Positions 20,845 through 32,221 of a stretch of DNA of 43,767 bases are shown here, piece after piece; the stretch's first letter is position 1, and each line of letters starts with the position of its first letter. The position numbers were made by a program, and so were the translations under genes. Origin of the DNA: Neoconidiobolus thromboides FSU 785 (Eukaryota > Fungi > Entomophthoromycota); the NCBI GenBank assembly GCA_025603075.1, contig MU626422.1, forward strand, positions 1 to 43,767, written 5' to 3'. The notes under the pieces are model-generated. The model had not been told where the DNA came from and searched no databases. It saw only the letters and a program-made list of their open reading frames with translations.

Positions 20845-22632
20845 TTAAAAAGTAAACCGATACTTGTAAGCTATTTTAAATGATTTAAGGCGCTTATTCA
20901 AATGATCACAAGCAATTTTACTATCATCAAACCTGGCCAATTGTACACTGTCCTTTTCCAACCATAAAATGCATAACTGGATTTTGTTTACTATATCAGT
21001 ACTCACTTTCTCGTCAAAAGCATATTGCTCCAGGGCATTCAAATAAAACGTAATTACCGGTAGTAAATCCCTAGCGTTACTTGCTATTACCCACGGATAT
21101 TCATTCTCGCATATCTCTCTATCAAATAAAGTGTAAAACAATTCCCATAAATCATTTGCTGCTTCTAGTCCAACTGGCCATAACCAATCATAAGGCAAAA
21201 CATGAGGACATGAACTAATAAAAGAGATGGGGTCTACTATAAAGAGTTTACTAATTAATAACATTAGATATCCAAAAGAGCCTAAAGATCCGGAATTATC
21301 GGATTGTAAACGACCATAAGAATGAAGTTCTGTAATTTGCGAAAAAGACAGAAAGCGGTAACTTTTATAATTTTGTGGAGTGGTTTGTATTTCACTGTCT
21401 AATTCCTGAATCATGTTAATAATATTAGTGATGTCAAAATAAAACCTATTGATTGGATATATGTTGGAACTATTTTTTAAAATAGATCTACCATTGATAT
21501 AGGATTGTGAAAGTTCTAGGTAGTTAGATAATGCTTTAGAGTGATAATAAACATCTTCATAGATAATGGGAGTTTTAAAATTAAAATTATGAGTATCAAC
21601 TCCTTTTAACAAATTACCTGGTTCTATTTTAGTAATTTTATCTTTTGCTAACCTAGCAATTGTTGGCAGACATAATGTTTTATTCTTGATATGAGTCAAA
21701 GGCAAGATTTTGATGTTTTTAAACATTAAAGGACACTCTGTGACATTATACAAAGATATTTGTAAAAGTAGCAAAATTTCCCATAATGTTTGTTTCCAAT
21801 AAGTTTCTGTAAAGTCACACTTAAATGAAGATGTTTGTTCTATCTTATCTATTGGTATAACCCCTAATAACTCTGACATACGTACAGCTTGTCCTAGATA
21901 CAATCTAGCTGTCCCAAAATCTCCTTTGAATAAATATTCTCCAGTGATCAAAGCCAATGCAGCTACATTTTGTAGGCTTGGGTTAGCATAACTTTGAATG
22001 ATTTTACTTTCGATACCACTATTGAAGTTAAGTAAAACTGACTTCAATTCTTGTGGTAGTTCAATCAGTTGACACATGGATTGTACTAACATGGCCTTTA
22101 GCAAAGTGCTTTCTTTTTGTCTAAAGATGGAATTGATTTGATCTGCTGAAAACCAGAGAGCGTCTGAGTCTAGGTATTGGCAATAAATGGCGGTGAAGCA
22201 ATCAAACAATTTTAAAGGATTAATACCATTTATTTGGTTTGGTATTATCTTTAATTCAACTTCAGGGCTGTAATCGGTTTGGAAGTACAATTTCATTTGA
22301 ATCAAAGTTAGCTGTTTAGTATAATATTCGAATCCTTTTGTAAAATATGATTGAAACTGAAAATGTTTACTTTGGATGTTATTTTTTTCTAACTGCGTTC
22401 CTCTGGGCTTGTGTTTTATATGGGTCAATTCTCTTTGCATATCAATGCATCGGTTCGCCCATTGTAAATACTTTTGGATTGATATACCTAGGTCAGATGC
22501 TACTCCAGTTAGCCCTTCTATTTTTAAGCTTTTTAAGATCCTATTGAATTCGGTTTCAATGCTTTTAATTCTACTTATTGCTTTATTTCGATACGATTCT
22601 TTGTTCCATTTACAGCTACCTCCTTTCTCCAT
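20845..22632 (-). CDS. Paralog D of the same family, 595 aa
   Basis: ESYRNKAISRI, SYANPSLQNVAALALI, ARLYLGQAVRM, YGRLQSDNSGSLGSFGYL and VGLEAANDLWELF motifs. Confidence 0.85.
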   Translation of the reverse strand: MEKGGSCKWNKESYRNKAISRIKSIETEFNRILKSLKIEGLTGVASDLGISIQKYLQWANRCIDMQRELTHIKHKPRGTQLEKNNIQSKHFQFQSYFTKGFEYYTKQLTLIQMKLYFQTDYSPEVELKIIPNQINGINPLKLFDCFTAIYCQYLDSDALWFSADQINSIFRQKESTLLKAMLVQSMCQLIELPQELKSVLLNFNSGIESKIIQSYANPSLQNVAALALITGEYLFKGDFGTARLYLGQAVRMSELLGVIPIDKIEQTSSFKCDFTETYWKQTLWEILLLLQISLYNVTECPLMFKNIKILPLTHIKNKTLCLPTIARLAKDKITKIEPGNLLKGVDTHNFNFKTPIIYEDVYYHSKALSNYLELSQSYINGRSILKNSSNIYPINRFYFDITNIINMIQELDSEIQTTPQNYKSYRFLSFSQITELHSYGRLQSDNSGSLGSFGYLMLLISKLFIVDPISFISSCPHVLPYDWLWPVGLEAANDLWELFYTLFDREICENEYPWVIASNARDLLPVITFYLNALEQYAFDEKVSTDIVNKIQLCILWLEKDSVQLARFDDSKIACDHLNKRLKSFKIAYKYRFTF

Positions 22633-23341
22633 TTGGAATTAGCTTATATTTAAGTATACGTTAGCTATAAAACTGTAAAAGTTCAATTTTAATTAATTTT
22701 GGGTACGATACAAAAAGTATTTAAAAACTAGTATAATTTATTAATTATTTTGAATAAAAAACAAAAGTACAATAAACTCTTTTAAACTTTTAAGATTTAA
22801 CTTTGCATAATGCATTTCTAAAATTAAATTAAAATATTTAAGCAAACGAAAGCCGGAAAATAGATTAGGATTATTTAATAAAATTAGTGAAAGTGGCAGT
22901 AAACTTTATTTGAAATAAGAATTAAAGCAGTGATGAGTAGAATAAAATATGCTATAGTTGGAATTTCATGAAACATATCGATCATTCACAACTACAGTAT
23001 ATTGAAAAGTATAACAAATCAACAATCAATACCTTTCAATTTGTATTAAGTTTAATATTGAGGCTTTTTTTTAGCAAACTACTAATAATTGCCTCAGTAT
23101 ACACATTAGATATAATAGATAGAATAAATAGTAAAGAAGTAGCAAGTTGATGCTCGATTTACTCACCTGTGTCAGGCTCAAGAGTAAAGCAGACTACATT
23201 TAAAAGCTTCAAAGTTTAGAAATAAATGTAAAAAACATAAAAAAGTATTAGTTGTATTATCGAAGTATCTGATGATGGTATTCTACACATAATTGCATTG
23301 ATATGAATTGATCTTATATTTATTAATCTGACTTACCTTTG

Positions 23342-23823
23342 TGAAGTTAAATGTAATATTTTTAACTTTTTAAACTGTCTTTTAATAACATCTATTCCAT
23401 TAATATAAAAGGAAGAATTGAAAATCAATTTGAGTAACTTTAATCTATTTGGACTTAGATATTGAATAACTTCAATATTTATGCGACTAGTCTTAAATTC
23501 AAATAATTCAAGTTAATTTAGATAATCTCTAAATTATTAGTGACTGTCTATAATTTATAGAATTGATGACTATTTTCTTTGTTTGGCAAATTAATATTGC
23601 TATCATTCTTATAATTATATAATTATAACTACTATAATTTATAGATATAACATTTGAACAATAATTTGTCAATTGAATTTTGTTTTCATGTATACATAAA
23701 TGCTTCATCAAAGTCTCATTTTGTTTGATAAACTTTTGATATTTACTGAACCTAGATTCACTGTAGTGTGAATAAGCTAAGTTCCATTTGATAACCCTAT
23801 TTACTATCTCAAATAAATATTTA
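23342..23823 (-). repeat. ~480-bp inverted duplicate of 33723-34207
   Basis: About 98% identical by eye (roughly six differences, including a 3-bp indel). Both copies give the identical 60-aa ORF. Confidence 0.92.
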
Positions 23824-24494
23824 CTTAAAAAATATAACTTCGTTAACCCAAGTAGATCTATATATTAGGGTACTTCTCCCAATAAAATATCTAAAGATTG
23901 ATTAGACTTAATTGACATCTCAAATTACAAACGATATAGAAGATAGTTTGTATAAAGCTATGGTTAAAGTCCGTTTTTGTAGGTTCAAGAAATTAAAAAC
24001 TGTATTTTTTTTATGAGAATTTAAAAACTGAACTGAATGTAGCTATAAATTCTACTAGCTAGTAAACTAAGTCTATCTCTCATATTGCTTAATTTGCGTA
24101 ATCAGTAGTTGTTTTACTTTTGCTTACAATAAATTATCCCAGATAAATAATATTTGTTAGAAAAATAAATATAAATCCTGATATTTAGCTCAATAACTAA
24201 CGCTGTTCGTTTTAATCACAATCTATAACGTTATCATTGAATACTTACAATCTAATATCTTATATAAAATATATATTAAGGTTTTAAGCATTCATCGTAA
24301 ACCAATTCACTTTTTAAAAACGATAATTTTTTATAAATAATTTTACTTTTATTTAAGCTATAGTATAATACAATACTAAAGGTTTTCCTAATATCGAACA
24401 AGTGATACCATAGTAATTGGACATTCAAACATACAAAAATAAATAAATAATAAAAATATACAGAGTATTCACATTTAATAGAGATCGCTAGAGG

Positions 24495-24881
24495 CTAAGT
24501 GTACTCACAAAAGACATTGCCTTGAACCTGTCGTTGACAACGAGTTCCTGACTCACATAGACAAAGGACATAATTTTCTTGAGCGTAAGTGTAAAACTCC
24601 CTAATACAATTATCACAAGACATAACTCTTTCACGACAGCCTCCACCATAGTTCCTCAAACTATTCCGCTAATTCTTTAGTGGATTCTTTAACACTTTGA
24701 TTCTTGAATTCTTTGTTACACACCTCGTCCAATTAGGCTTTGCCCTCCCATCCTTGTACTTAACAGAGCTATAGTTGGATATAAATTTAACTTTATACTG
24801 ACTATGGTATTTCACAATGGATCTACGAAGCCCAAGGGTAGGAACAACGGTAATAAGTAAAAGAATAAGAGTAAACTTCAT
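24495..24881 (-). CDS. Small secreted cysteine-rich protein (8 Cys) interrupted by an in-frame TAG at 24671-24669 (51-nt intron, readthrough or pseudogene)
   Basis: Signal peptide MKFTLILLLITVVPTLG. The frame continues past the TAG for 57 codons with 7 Cys, to a TAG at 24497-24495. Confidence 0.7.
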
Positions 24882-25055
24882 TTTGTTTATCAGATTTTAA
24901 TAACAACAATAATCGCTTTTCTTCTTCTTTATATATCGTAGTTATATCTCACTTATAGCCTCTATTTTGTATAGTATAGAGTAAAGTTCAAGGTCTGATT
25001 TCATCTTTCTTTCTTAAAAATATAATTTTCTAAATTATTATCCCGTTTTTATATA

Positions 25056-25146
25056 TATATTTGTGTTTAAGAATTTTACTAATAACTTTTCCACTCAAAT
25101 AGCACTCAAAAGGTAGAAAAGGTGATGAAGCCAAAAAACATCCCCC
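25056..25146 (+). mobile_element. MITE copy 8, left end lost
   Basis: TTTGTGTTTAAGAATTTTACT...CATCCCCC followed by ATAT. The left TIR is replaced by an (AT)n run. Confidence 0.85.
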
Positions 25147-25148
25147 AT

Positions 25149-25817
25149 ATGGAAATAAGAATAAGACCAGATTCAATAAATTTAGATCATTATAATAAAC
25201 AAGCTATATCAGTGTTAGGCTTTGGTGTTTTATATTTGAAAGATGATAAAACAATGAAAAAAGTTTACTTTGATTATTTATCTGAAATATTAAATCATGA
25301 TTCAGCATATAGGGATATATTTTTGTGTTTAAGAATTTTACTAACAATCTTTTCACTCAAATAGCGCTTAAAAAATGGAAAAATAATGAAATCAAAAAAA
25401 TATCCCCATATACAGGAAATTGTTTGATTGATTTAATCTCTACAGAGCTTTTATTTAAGTTTACAAAAATTAATATATGGGGAGATACAGAAAATCATTT
25501 TTAATCTCAAGAGTTTCTGCGTTATGTATTTAAAAAAATTAATAAATAAATAACAGTCTAAATACTGGTCTTGGTTTTTTTGCTAAGCATCACAGAAAAA
25601 GTATAAAAGAAACAAAAATACAAAAAGAATAATAAAGATACAAGGCATTAATAAGTATTTGCATTTTATTAAACATAACAATAAATTACATTGTTATCCA
25701 GTATCTGATACATCAAAAAAAAGCGATATAGTTCCAATTAAAGTTATAGAGTCTATAGAAAATACAAAAATTAAAAGATCAATCCCAGCTTATCTTACGA
25801 AGATAACAGAGAATTAA
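25149..25817 (+). pseudogene. DDD-type transposase pseudogene (Sola-like)
   Basis: Removing MITE 9 plus one TSD gives a continuous frame ...YNKQAISVLGF...YFDYLSEILNHDSAYTGNCLIDL...IWGDTENHF*SQEFLRYVF. After a frameshift it reads FFAKHHRKS. These recall the LxHD, WxDxGxHF and FFxExHGKS motifs of Sola-type transposases (recalled, not searched). Confidence 0.7.
25311..25407 (+). mobile_element. MITE copy 9, inserted in the transposase remnant
   Basis: AGGGATATATTTTTGTG...TATCCCC; TSD ATAT on both sides. Confidence 0.92.
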
Positions 25818-26047
25818 AATTTTTGATGTTTATTAAGCAAGTAAGTAAGTTTGTTGAATGATAGAAATAGATTATTAAATGTTGATTACTTAAGTTATTA
25901 ATAGTTAAGTTAATAAATAGTCAAAGAACAAGTAATTGTAATAATATATAAATACTATTATTACTTGTACCATATAGAGATGGTTAATTGTAGTTTTGGG
26001 GCTAACCACTCCCTCCCATGCAGCTATTCATTAACCTAATAATATAT

Positions 26048-26145
26048 AGGGATGTATTTTTGTGTTTAAGGATTTTGCTAACAATTTTTCCGCTCAAATA
26101 GGGCTTAGAAAATGGAAAAAGTAATGAAAACAAAAAAACATCCTC
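26048..26145 (+). mobile_element. MITE copy 10, with an empty-site paralog at 23-26
   Basis: TSD ATAT on both sides; the homologous sequence at 1-60 has a single ATAT and no insert. Confidence 0.95.
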
Positions 26146-26548
26146 ATATTAATAATGTAATTATAACATTAAAATAGTTTATTTGTTATCAAACAAATCT
26201 GTAATATTGGCTATAAAGTGGTCAATAATAAATATTTCTCAATAAAGTTTTATAAGAATATGTATTTAAGATCTGGTAGAAATTCAACTAACTTACAGTA
26301 TAAACTATAATAGAATGATTTAGAACTGTGTCTGGGTACTTTTGTTTTAATAAAAAATTTGTTTTTATAGAATTTTAACGAAGTTTTAAAATACAAAATT
26401 TTTAAAAAATTGGATAAAATAATGAAACTAATTTAGACAACCCCATATTATAAATGAATAGTTTTGTCAATATAAAACTTGGTATATATAGTACCTTCAA
26501 CCTATTACGACTATACCAAGGAAAATATTTAAATATTTTTCTTGATAT

Positions 26549-26644
26549 GGAGATGTATTTTTGTGTTTAAGAATTTGCTAACAAATTTTCCGCTTAAATA
26601 GCGCTTAAAAAAATGAAAATAATGAAGTCAAAAAAAACACTCCT
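26549..26644 (+). mobile_element. MITE copy 11
   Basis: GGAGATGTATTTTTGTG...CACTCCT; flanks ATAT/GTAT (one mismatch). Confidence 0.9.
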
Positions 26645-27036
26645 GTATAATTGTGATAGAGACTATGTTACTTTTTTAATCTCATGTTTTATTGAATAAA
26701 GAGCAAAAAAGTGTTACAAAAAGTTTATAAAATTGTTTCAATAGTCTGTTGCAAATTATTTATCTTATTGCTGAAAATCAATTAAATAAAGTTTGAATTT
26801 GATATAATATAGAATATAACAGATGATAATAGAGCTAAACAACTATAAATATTTTTATAACGTTATAATCAGTGATACCAAGTATTCTTTATATACCATT
26901 CGTAAATATTAATTGATAGTATGTTTAAAATTCTGGATAGATTTCATTTATTTTGAATTAATAATTAAAACTTTTAAATATCTTTAATTTTTATTTTTAT
27001 TTTTATTAATAGAAAAAATTTTATAGCGCACTTAAA

Positions 27037-28344
27037 TTAATGTTTAGCACTAGTAGCATCACCAACTTTAATAAGATCAACAAGGGTTATTACTGAATCT
27101 ATTGAACCAAGGATAAGTCCTAAGAGACCAACAATAATAACAACGACAGTTAATATATATTCCCAAATAGGACGATTTCTCCATCCAAAGAGTTTGTAAT
27201 GACAGGCAACAGGGACTAAAAACACAATTAAACAATTTGAAATAGCGCCTACCAAGGACATAAGGGCAGAAAAATAGGGTACAAACATAGCAATAACAGT
27301 CAAAATAGCTCCAATGATAGTTCTCAAAATTACACGAAGAACAAATTCTCTTGAAGCTGAGATATACTTGCGATCTATTTTTAACAAATTCTCCTGTTCT
27401 AAAGAGAAGGAACAAATGTAAATAGGAGCTGCAAGGATAACATGTAAAGTGATGAGTACTTTAGCGATGACTGATGCGGCACCTTGTGGAAGGGAGTCTA
27501 AAATGGGTGATTTCACGTCACTACCATAGTATAAATATCCAGTAATACCTATCAAAAGATACATAAAAGTAATGCTTCCAACTGCAAACATCATGACTTT
27601 ATTCCATGATTTTGGATGACGCATACTACCTTCAACATGTGGATAGACGACGTTACCACCATACGAGAAAGCTATAGTTGCAAGAGAAAGTGGGATACCT
27701 CGCCATATAGCAACCTCAGTAACTGGAGGTGGGTGATCTGGGCTATTGTATTGAATACCACCACCAATCGCAACACAGAAAACAACTACTAATGTACAAA
27801 AAGCACCAAAAGCAGCTAAAATGGCGACTTCCTTTAAACTTTTAAGAACTGCAGAAGGTACAGTAATTATAACACCAGCTATAAGGATCCATATCCTGAA
27901 CCCAAGTATATCATTGCCATTATTAAAATCACTTATCAAGCTGCTTACAGTCTTACCAGTTAACAAAATATAGATACAAGCGGCTGAAAGACTAATAGAA
28001 TAGTGAAAAACTTTGACAAAATACCTTCCAAATTTTCCAAATGCGGCCTCGCCTACATCTGGGAATTCTTCCAATCGTTGGTTTGGTTTATAATAAAGAC
28101 ATTCGATTAAAAGTCTACTTGTATAGATTGCAATAAAAGCGGTTAGCACAAAGAAAACAAGGGAGATCCAGCCACCTTGCTTTACAGCATAGGGAAGACC
28201 GAGTGTACCAGTTCCAGCAACGACACAAACAATATTCACATAAGCTCCAAAACTGGAACCGGTTCTGTGATCGTCTTTTGCAATACTATGGATGGATGCA
28301 ATATCATCAATCTCGAATTGAGATTTGGTTACTTTATCAGACAT
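27037..28344 (-). CDS. Amino-acid transporter, Aa_trans/AVT (AAAP) family, 435 aa
   Basis: VAGTGTLGLPYA, FSYGGNVVYPHVE, GYLYYGSDV and LVGAISN motifs with about 11 hydrophobic segments. First ATG is 28344. Confidence 0.92.
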   Translation of the reverse strand: MSDKVTKSQFEIDDIASIHSIAKDDHRTGSSFGAYVNIVCVVAGTGTLGLPYAVKQGGWISLVFFVLTAFIAIYTSRLLIECLYYKPNQRLEEFPDVGEAAFGKFGRYFVKVFHYSISLSAACIYILLTGKTVSSLISDFNNGNDILGFRIWILIAGVIITVPSAVLKSLKEVAILAAFGAFCTLVVVFCVAIGGGIQYNSPDHPPPVTEVAIWRGIPLSLATIAFSYGGNVVYPHVEGSMRHPKSWNKVMMFAVGSITFMYLLIGITGYLYYGSDVKSPILDSLPQGAASVIAKVLITLHVILAAPIYICSFSLEQENLLKIDRKYISASREFVLRVILRTIIGAILTVIAMFVPYFSALMSLVGAISNCLIVFLVPVACHYKLFGWRNRPIWEYILTVVVIIVGLLGLILGSIDSVITLVDLIKVGDATSAKH

Positions 28345-30427
28345 TATCAAATTTAAAGTGATAGATATGAATTATTAGGAGAAGATGTAAAATAAACAAG
28401 TCTAGGAATATAGGGAAAGTCGTAGTTAGTAGCTCAAAAGGAAATCAGTTAACGTAGGAATTTACTTAATAGAAATTCCTTGAAAGAAAAAAATATAAAA
28501 AAATATAAATTAATTTGAACTAATTTATAGTGGTTTTTATATTTTCGAAACTTTATTGGAAATCATGCTTATACTATTTAAAGAATAAAATGTACTCTAA
28601 AAAAAGGCAAATTGTCATATAACCTTTATCAAGCTGATGCACATGATATTTATCAGAGTCAATTAATGAAATTATTAAAAAAAAATAAAACTTAAATAAA
28701 ATGTTTAACCAAACTGTTATAAAATCTATCTTCATTATGTTGGATCTTAGCTTTAAATAGATTTTTATTTTATCATCGATGACCTTTAAGGTGACTCAAG
28801 TAAAACATTTCTCGCTATAGGCCTATTAATACACTTACATTCCCTTTATTTTATTAATTGAGTATATTTAAATATATTTCAATTGATATAATGAATCTAC
28901 TATCCTATTAGTAAATACAAAATTGGTATAAAAAGATGGATAAAAATGAGGTTATTCAAACAGAATATGAATTGATACCTTAATACAATCAGGCACTTAT
29001 ATAAAGCTTAAAAACATTACAAATTATTAAAGAAATTTATGGGTTAATTTTAGTGAGACCCTGAGGGAAATAGTCAGGGGTTTCAAAAGGTCAAGCTATA
29101 GAATTTAAATAAATGAATATCACTTGGCCATAAAACTCATAAGGTAAATGGATAACATGACTGAAAAAAATAAAAAAAGAAAGTTGTTGTTTCAAATGTG
29201 ACTAGGTTCTTCTTTAAAATTAATTGAGCTAAAAATAAACAATCGCTTTGACATCTTGACACTTCCACCACTTTACCCTACTAATTTAGGACACATTTGA
29301 GTAATAGCGGTCAAATTTGGCAGAATATTATGTCAATTACGTCAGAATTGATAAGAAAGTAATATATTACCTTAATAGGTTGTTTTTTTTACTTATTATC
29401 ACTTTTAAGAACATAATTATAACATAAATGAATATTTCTATTAATTCTCTAAATTTTCTAACCAAAATTCAACTTTTGTGTAAGTAAAATAAAAACTTAA
29501 AGCTTTTATCTAAAGATAATAATAAACTGTGACAAATTCTATCGTACCATTCCATTATACTTCAGAACAATTATATAAATAATAAATATTTAATTTTTAC
29601 AGTTAAGCCTCATACTATTCACCATTAATTTTTAATTCAAGCATTATTTAAAATGTTTGGTTTCTAAACTTTATTAGAAATATAATGTTAACATACAAAT
29701 CATTTCCAAAATGTTTATACTCTAATTCTGATCACATATAAATTACGATATAAATTACAATATAAACTAAAGTATAAATTAACCTGGCATATTCTATTGT
29801 CTTTAAGCTATATTTTTATTAAAATAGCTAGAATTATAAATCTTTGTTTAAAGTATTATTTAAATTTAAAATATAAAAAACTTAATTTAAGTTTAAAATA
29901 ATTTAGCTAAAGCTTTTGAATATAGAGACTATTATAATTAAAATAAAAACTTGAAATTCTCAAAGTTTATATAAAATGTGTTAAAAGAAGTGATGATATA
30001 CATTTGAGTGAGTAAATAACAATAACAAGTTAAGAAGCTTGTTCGGATTTCTAATAAAGTTGATTAATTTCCAATATCAACAATTATATATGTTATCTAG
30101 TTTATTGTCGTAATCCACCTATTCAGATATATATTAATTGAAATATTGTAAACCTATTAAAATAAAAAAATTTATACACTGTCTTAGTTAAAAGATCTCC
30201 TAAATTTCTACACTTTGAACACATGTGTTTGAACTTAAAATGAAACAAAACGTAACCTAAACCTATACACAACACAAATCTAAATAACAACTAGTAAATT
30301 GGAGGACATTAATTTACTTCATACCAACTATAAAAATAAGGACGTGAATATCTTTATTTTAAATTAAACGAAAAATAACTTTATTTAAAAAAAGCGAAAT
30401 ATAAAAAATCAATAAATAGCAATCATG

Positions 30428-32221
30428 TTATATAACTATAGAATATTTTTCCAAAAAATGAAACTTTTCTAAGTCTTTTTCTATAACCTCGATTGCATAT
30501 CCACTATCTTCAAAGTAATGAGTTTCATCCCTATCTTTTTTGATCCAATAAACTAATTGTTGAACTTTGCTATAAATTATTTCATTTTGTCCTTCTACAA
30601 AGTGCAACTGTGATAAGGCATTAAGGTAAAAATAAACAGTTGGAAGTAAATCAAAGGAAGTATTAAATACAATCCAAGGACATTCATCATCAATGTTGTT
30701 ACGATTAAATAAAGTAGAAAACAAATCCCATAATTTATCTGCCGTTTCTAATCCAATTGTCCATAGCCAGGAATATAATAGTGAATGAGAACATGGACTT
30801 ATATAAGAAAGAGGATCAATAATATAAAGTTTAGTATTTAAAAACATAAAATAACCAGAAGAGCCTAATGATGAAGTATCATCTGATTGTAGTACACCGT
30901 ATGATTTAATGTTGGCAAGCTGCTTTGAGGATAAAAATCGAAAACTTTTATAGTTTATTGATACATTGTTTATATCTTTATCTAATTCACCAATCATTTT
31001 TAATATACTATTGACATCAAAATAAAACCTATCAATCGGATATATATTTGGATTCTTTTTTAACATATTTCTTTCATTAAGATATGATTGTAAAACGTGA
31101 AAATAACAAGCTATTGCTCTTGAATAATAAGATAACTCAAAAGACTTAGTATTATTAATATTAGGGACCATAGTACTTGTATTGATACTTTTTAACATAT
31201 CTTTCAAATCTATCTTTTTGATTTTATTGATACCCAATCTAGGCATAGTAGGTAAACTAATTGTTTTATCTCTAACATGGCTCAAAGGAGTTACTCTGCT
31301 ATATTTTAGAATTAAAGGGTATCCAGGTAAGTACGATAGACTAATATAAAAAATCACAATAAGTTCCCATAACTTATCTTTTAATGAATCTTCAAACTTG
31401 TTTTTTGTGAATGAATCCGTATTTTCTCTTTCTTCCGGTAATATTTGTAACATTTGTCCCATCCTTATTGCCTGTCCTAAATATATACTGGCTAGTGAAT
31501 AATTATTTGTATACAAATATTCTCCAGAAATTAAAATAATTGCAATCACATCATCTAATGTTGGATCATTATAGCTTTGAGCCATCATATTTTGAATGTT
31601 TTTAGTGCTATTAAGCAATATTTGTTCATACTCCTTTGGAAGTTCAATCAAACTCAATATTGATTGCATAAGAATAGATTTTAATAAACTTGGTTCTTTT
31701 TTTCTAAATATATTTTCCAATACTGGAGCTGTAAGCCACAGCTCATCTGGGTCCAAATATTGATAATAAATATTAATAAAGCATACCAAAAGCTCCGAAG
31801 GCATTAACCCGTCTATTTTATTTGGAGTGATATATAACTCTCTTTCTGGAGAAGAACATATGCAATTGCTCATAAGCATCATCTTTTGACTATTTTTTAT
31901 TGCCTTTGTATAGTACGATATACCATTTTCAAAATAAGTTATAAATTTTAATTCTGCATTTCGACATTTCTTTTTCTGTAGCTGACTTTGGTTTGGTCGA
32001 TCCATCAATTCCTTTAAACTTTTTTTCCTATCCAAACACTCCTTTGTCCATTTTAGATAGCTTTTTATTAAACCACTAAACTCATTAGTCGGATAGGCCA
32101 GTATGCTACTCTTTATACTAGAAAAAAAATTTGTTAGCTCCTTTTCAATTTCATTGATTCTTTTAATAGCTTTAAATTTATATGACTCTTTATAAATTTT
32201 TAGTTCTTCATTTTGGCCCAT
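30428..32221 (-). CDS. Paralog E of the same family, 597 aa (closest to A)
   Basis: Roughly two-thirds identical to paralog A by eye. First ATG is 32221. A GCTAAC branch point and an AG acceptor lie just upstream, so a short upstream exon is possible. Confidence 0.85.
   Translation of the reverse strand: MGQNEELKIYKESYKFKAIKRINEIEKELTNFFSSIKSSILAYPTNEFSGLIKSYLKWTKECLDRKKSLKELMDRPNQSQLQKKKCRNAELKFITYFENGISYYTKAIKNSQKMMLMSNCICSSPERELYITPNKIDGLMPSELLVCFINIYYQYLDPDELWLTAPVLENIFRKKEPSLLKSILMQSILSLIELPKEYEQILLNSTKNIQNMMAQSYNDPTLDDVIAIILISGEYLYTNNYSLASIYLGQAIRMGQMLQILPEERENTDSFTKNKFEDSLKDKLWELIVIFYISLSYLPGYPLILKYSRVTPLSHVRDKTISLPTMPRLGINKIKKIDLKDMLKSINTSTMVPNINNTKSFELSYYSRAIACYFHVLQSYLNERNMLKKNPNIYPIDRFYFDVNSILKMIGELDKDINNVSINYKSFRFLSSKQLANIKSYGVLQSDDTSSLGSSGYFMFLNTKLYIIDPLSYISPCSHSLLYSWLWTIGLETADKLWDLFSTLFNRNNIDDECPWIVFNTSFDLLPTVYFYLNALSQLHFVEGQNEIIYSKVQQLVYWIKKDRDETHYFEDSGYAIEVIEKDLEKFHFLEKYSIVI

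Larger units (their letters stand above)
25147..26444 (+). mobile_element. Decayed autonomous-type DNA transposon (Sola-like), 5' part missing, containing MITE copies 9 and 10
   Basis: Transposase-like remnant followed by a right terminus ...AAAATAATGAAACTAATTTAGACAACCCC|ATAT that is shared with 1-327 and resembles the MITE right end. Confidence 0.7.

Noticed and set aside
22347-23150. Short ORFs 22347-22547, 22376-22642 and 22968-23150
   Set aside because: The first two are antisense to paralog D; the third has no motif support.
25475-25490. ATAT-GGGGAG as the left terminus of a ~1-kb non-autonomous element
   Set aside because: Better explained as the codons ATA TGG GGA GAT (IWGD) of the transposase remnant.
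27077-27415. 112-aa Cys-rich overlapping ORF
   Set aside because: Alternative frame inside the transporter CDS.
29057-29085. CCCTGA...TCAGGG hairpin
   Set aside because: 6-7 bp stem only, with no RNA-gene context.
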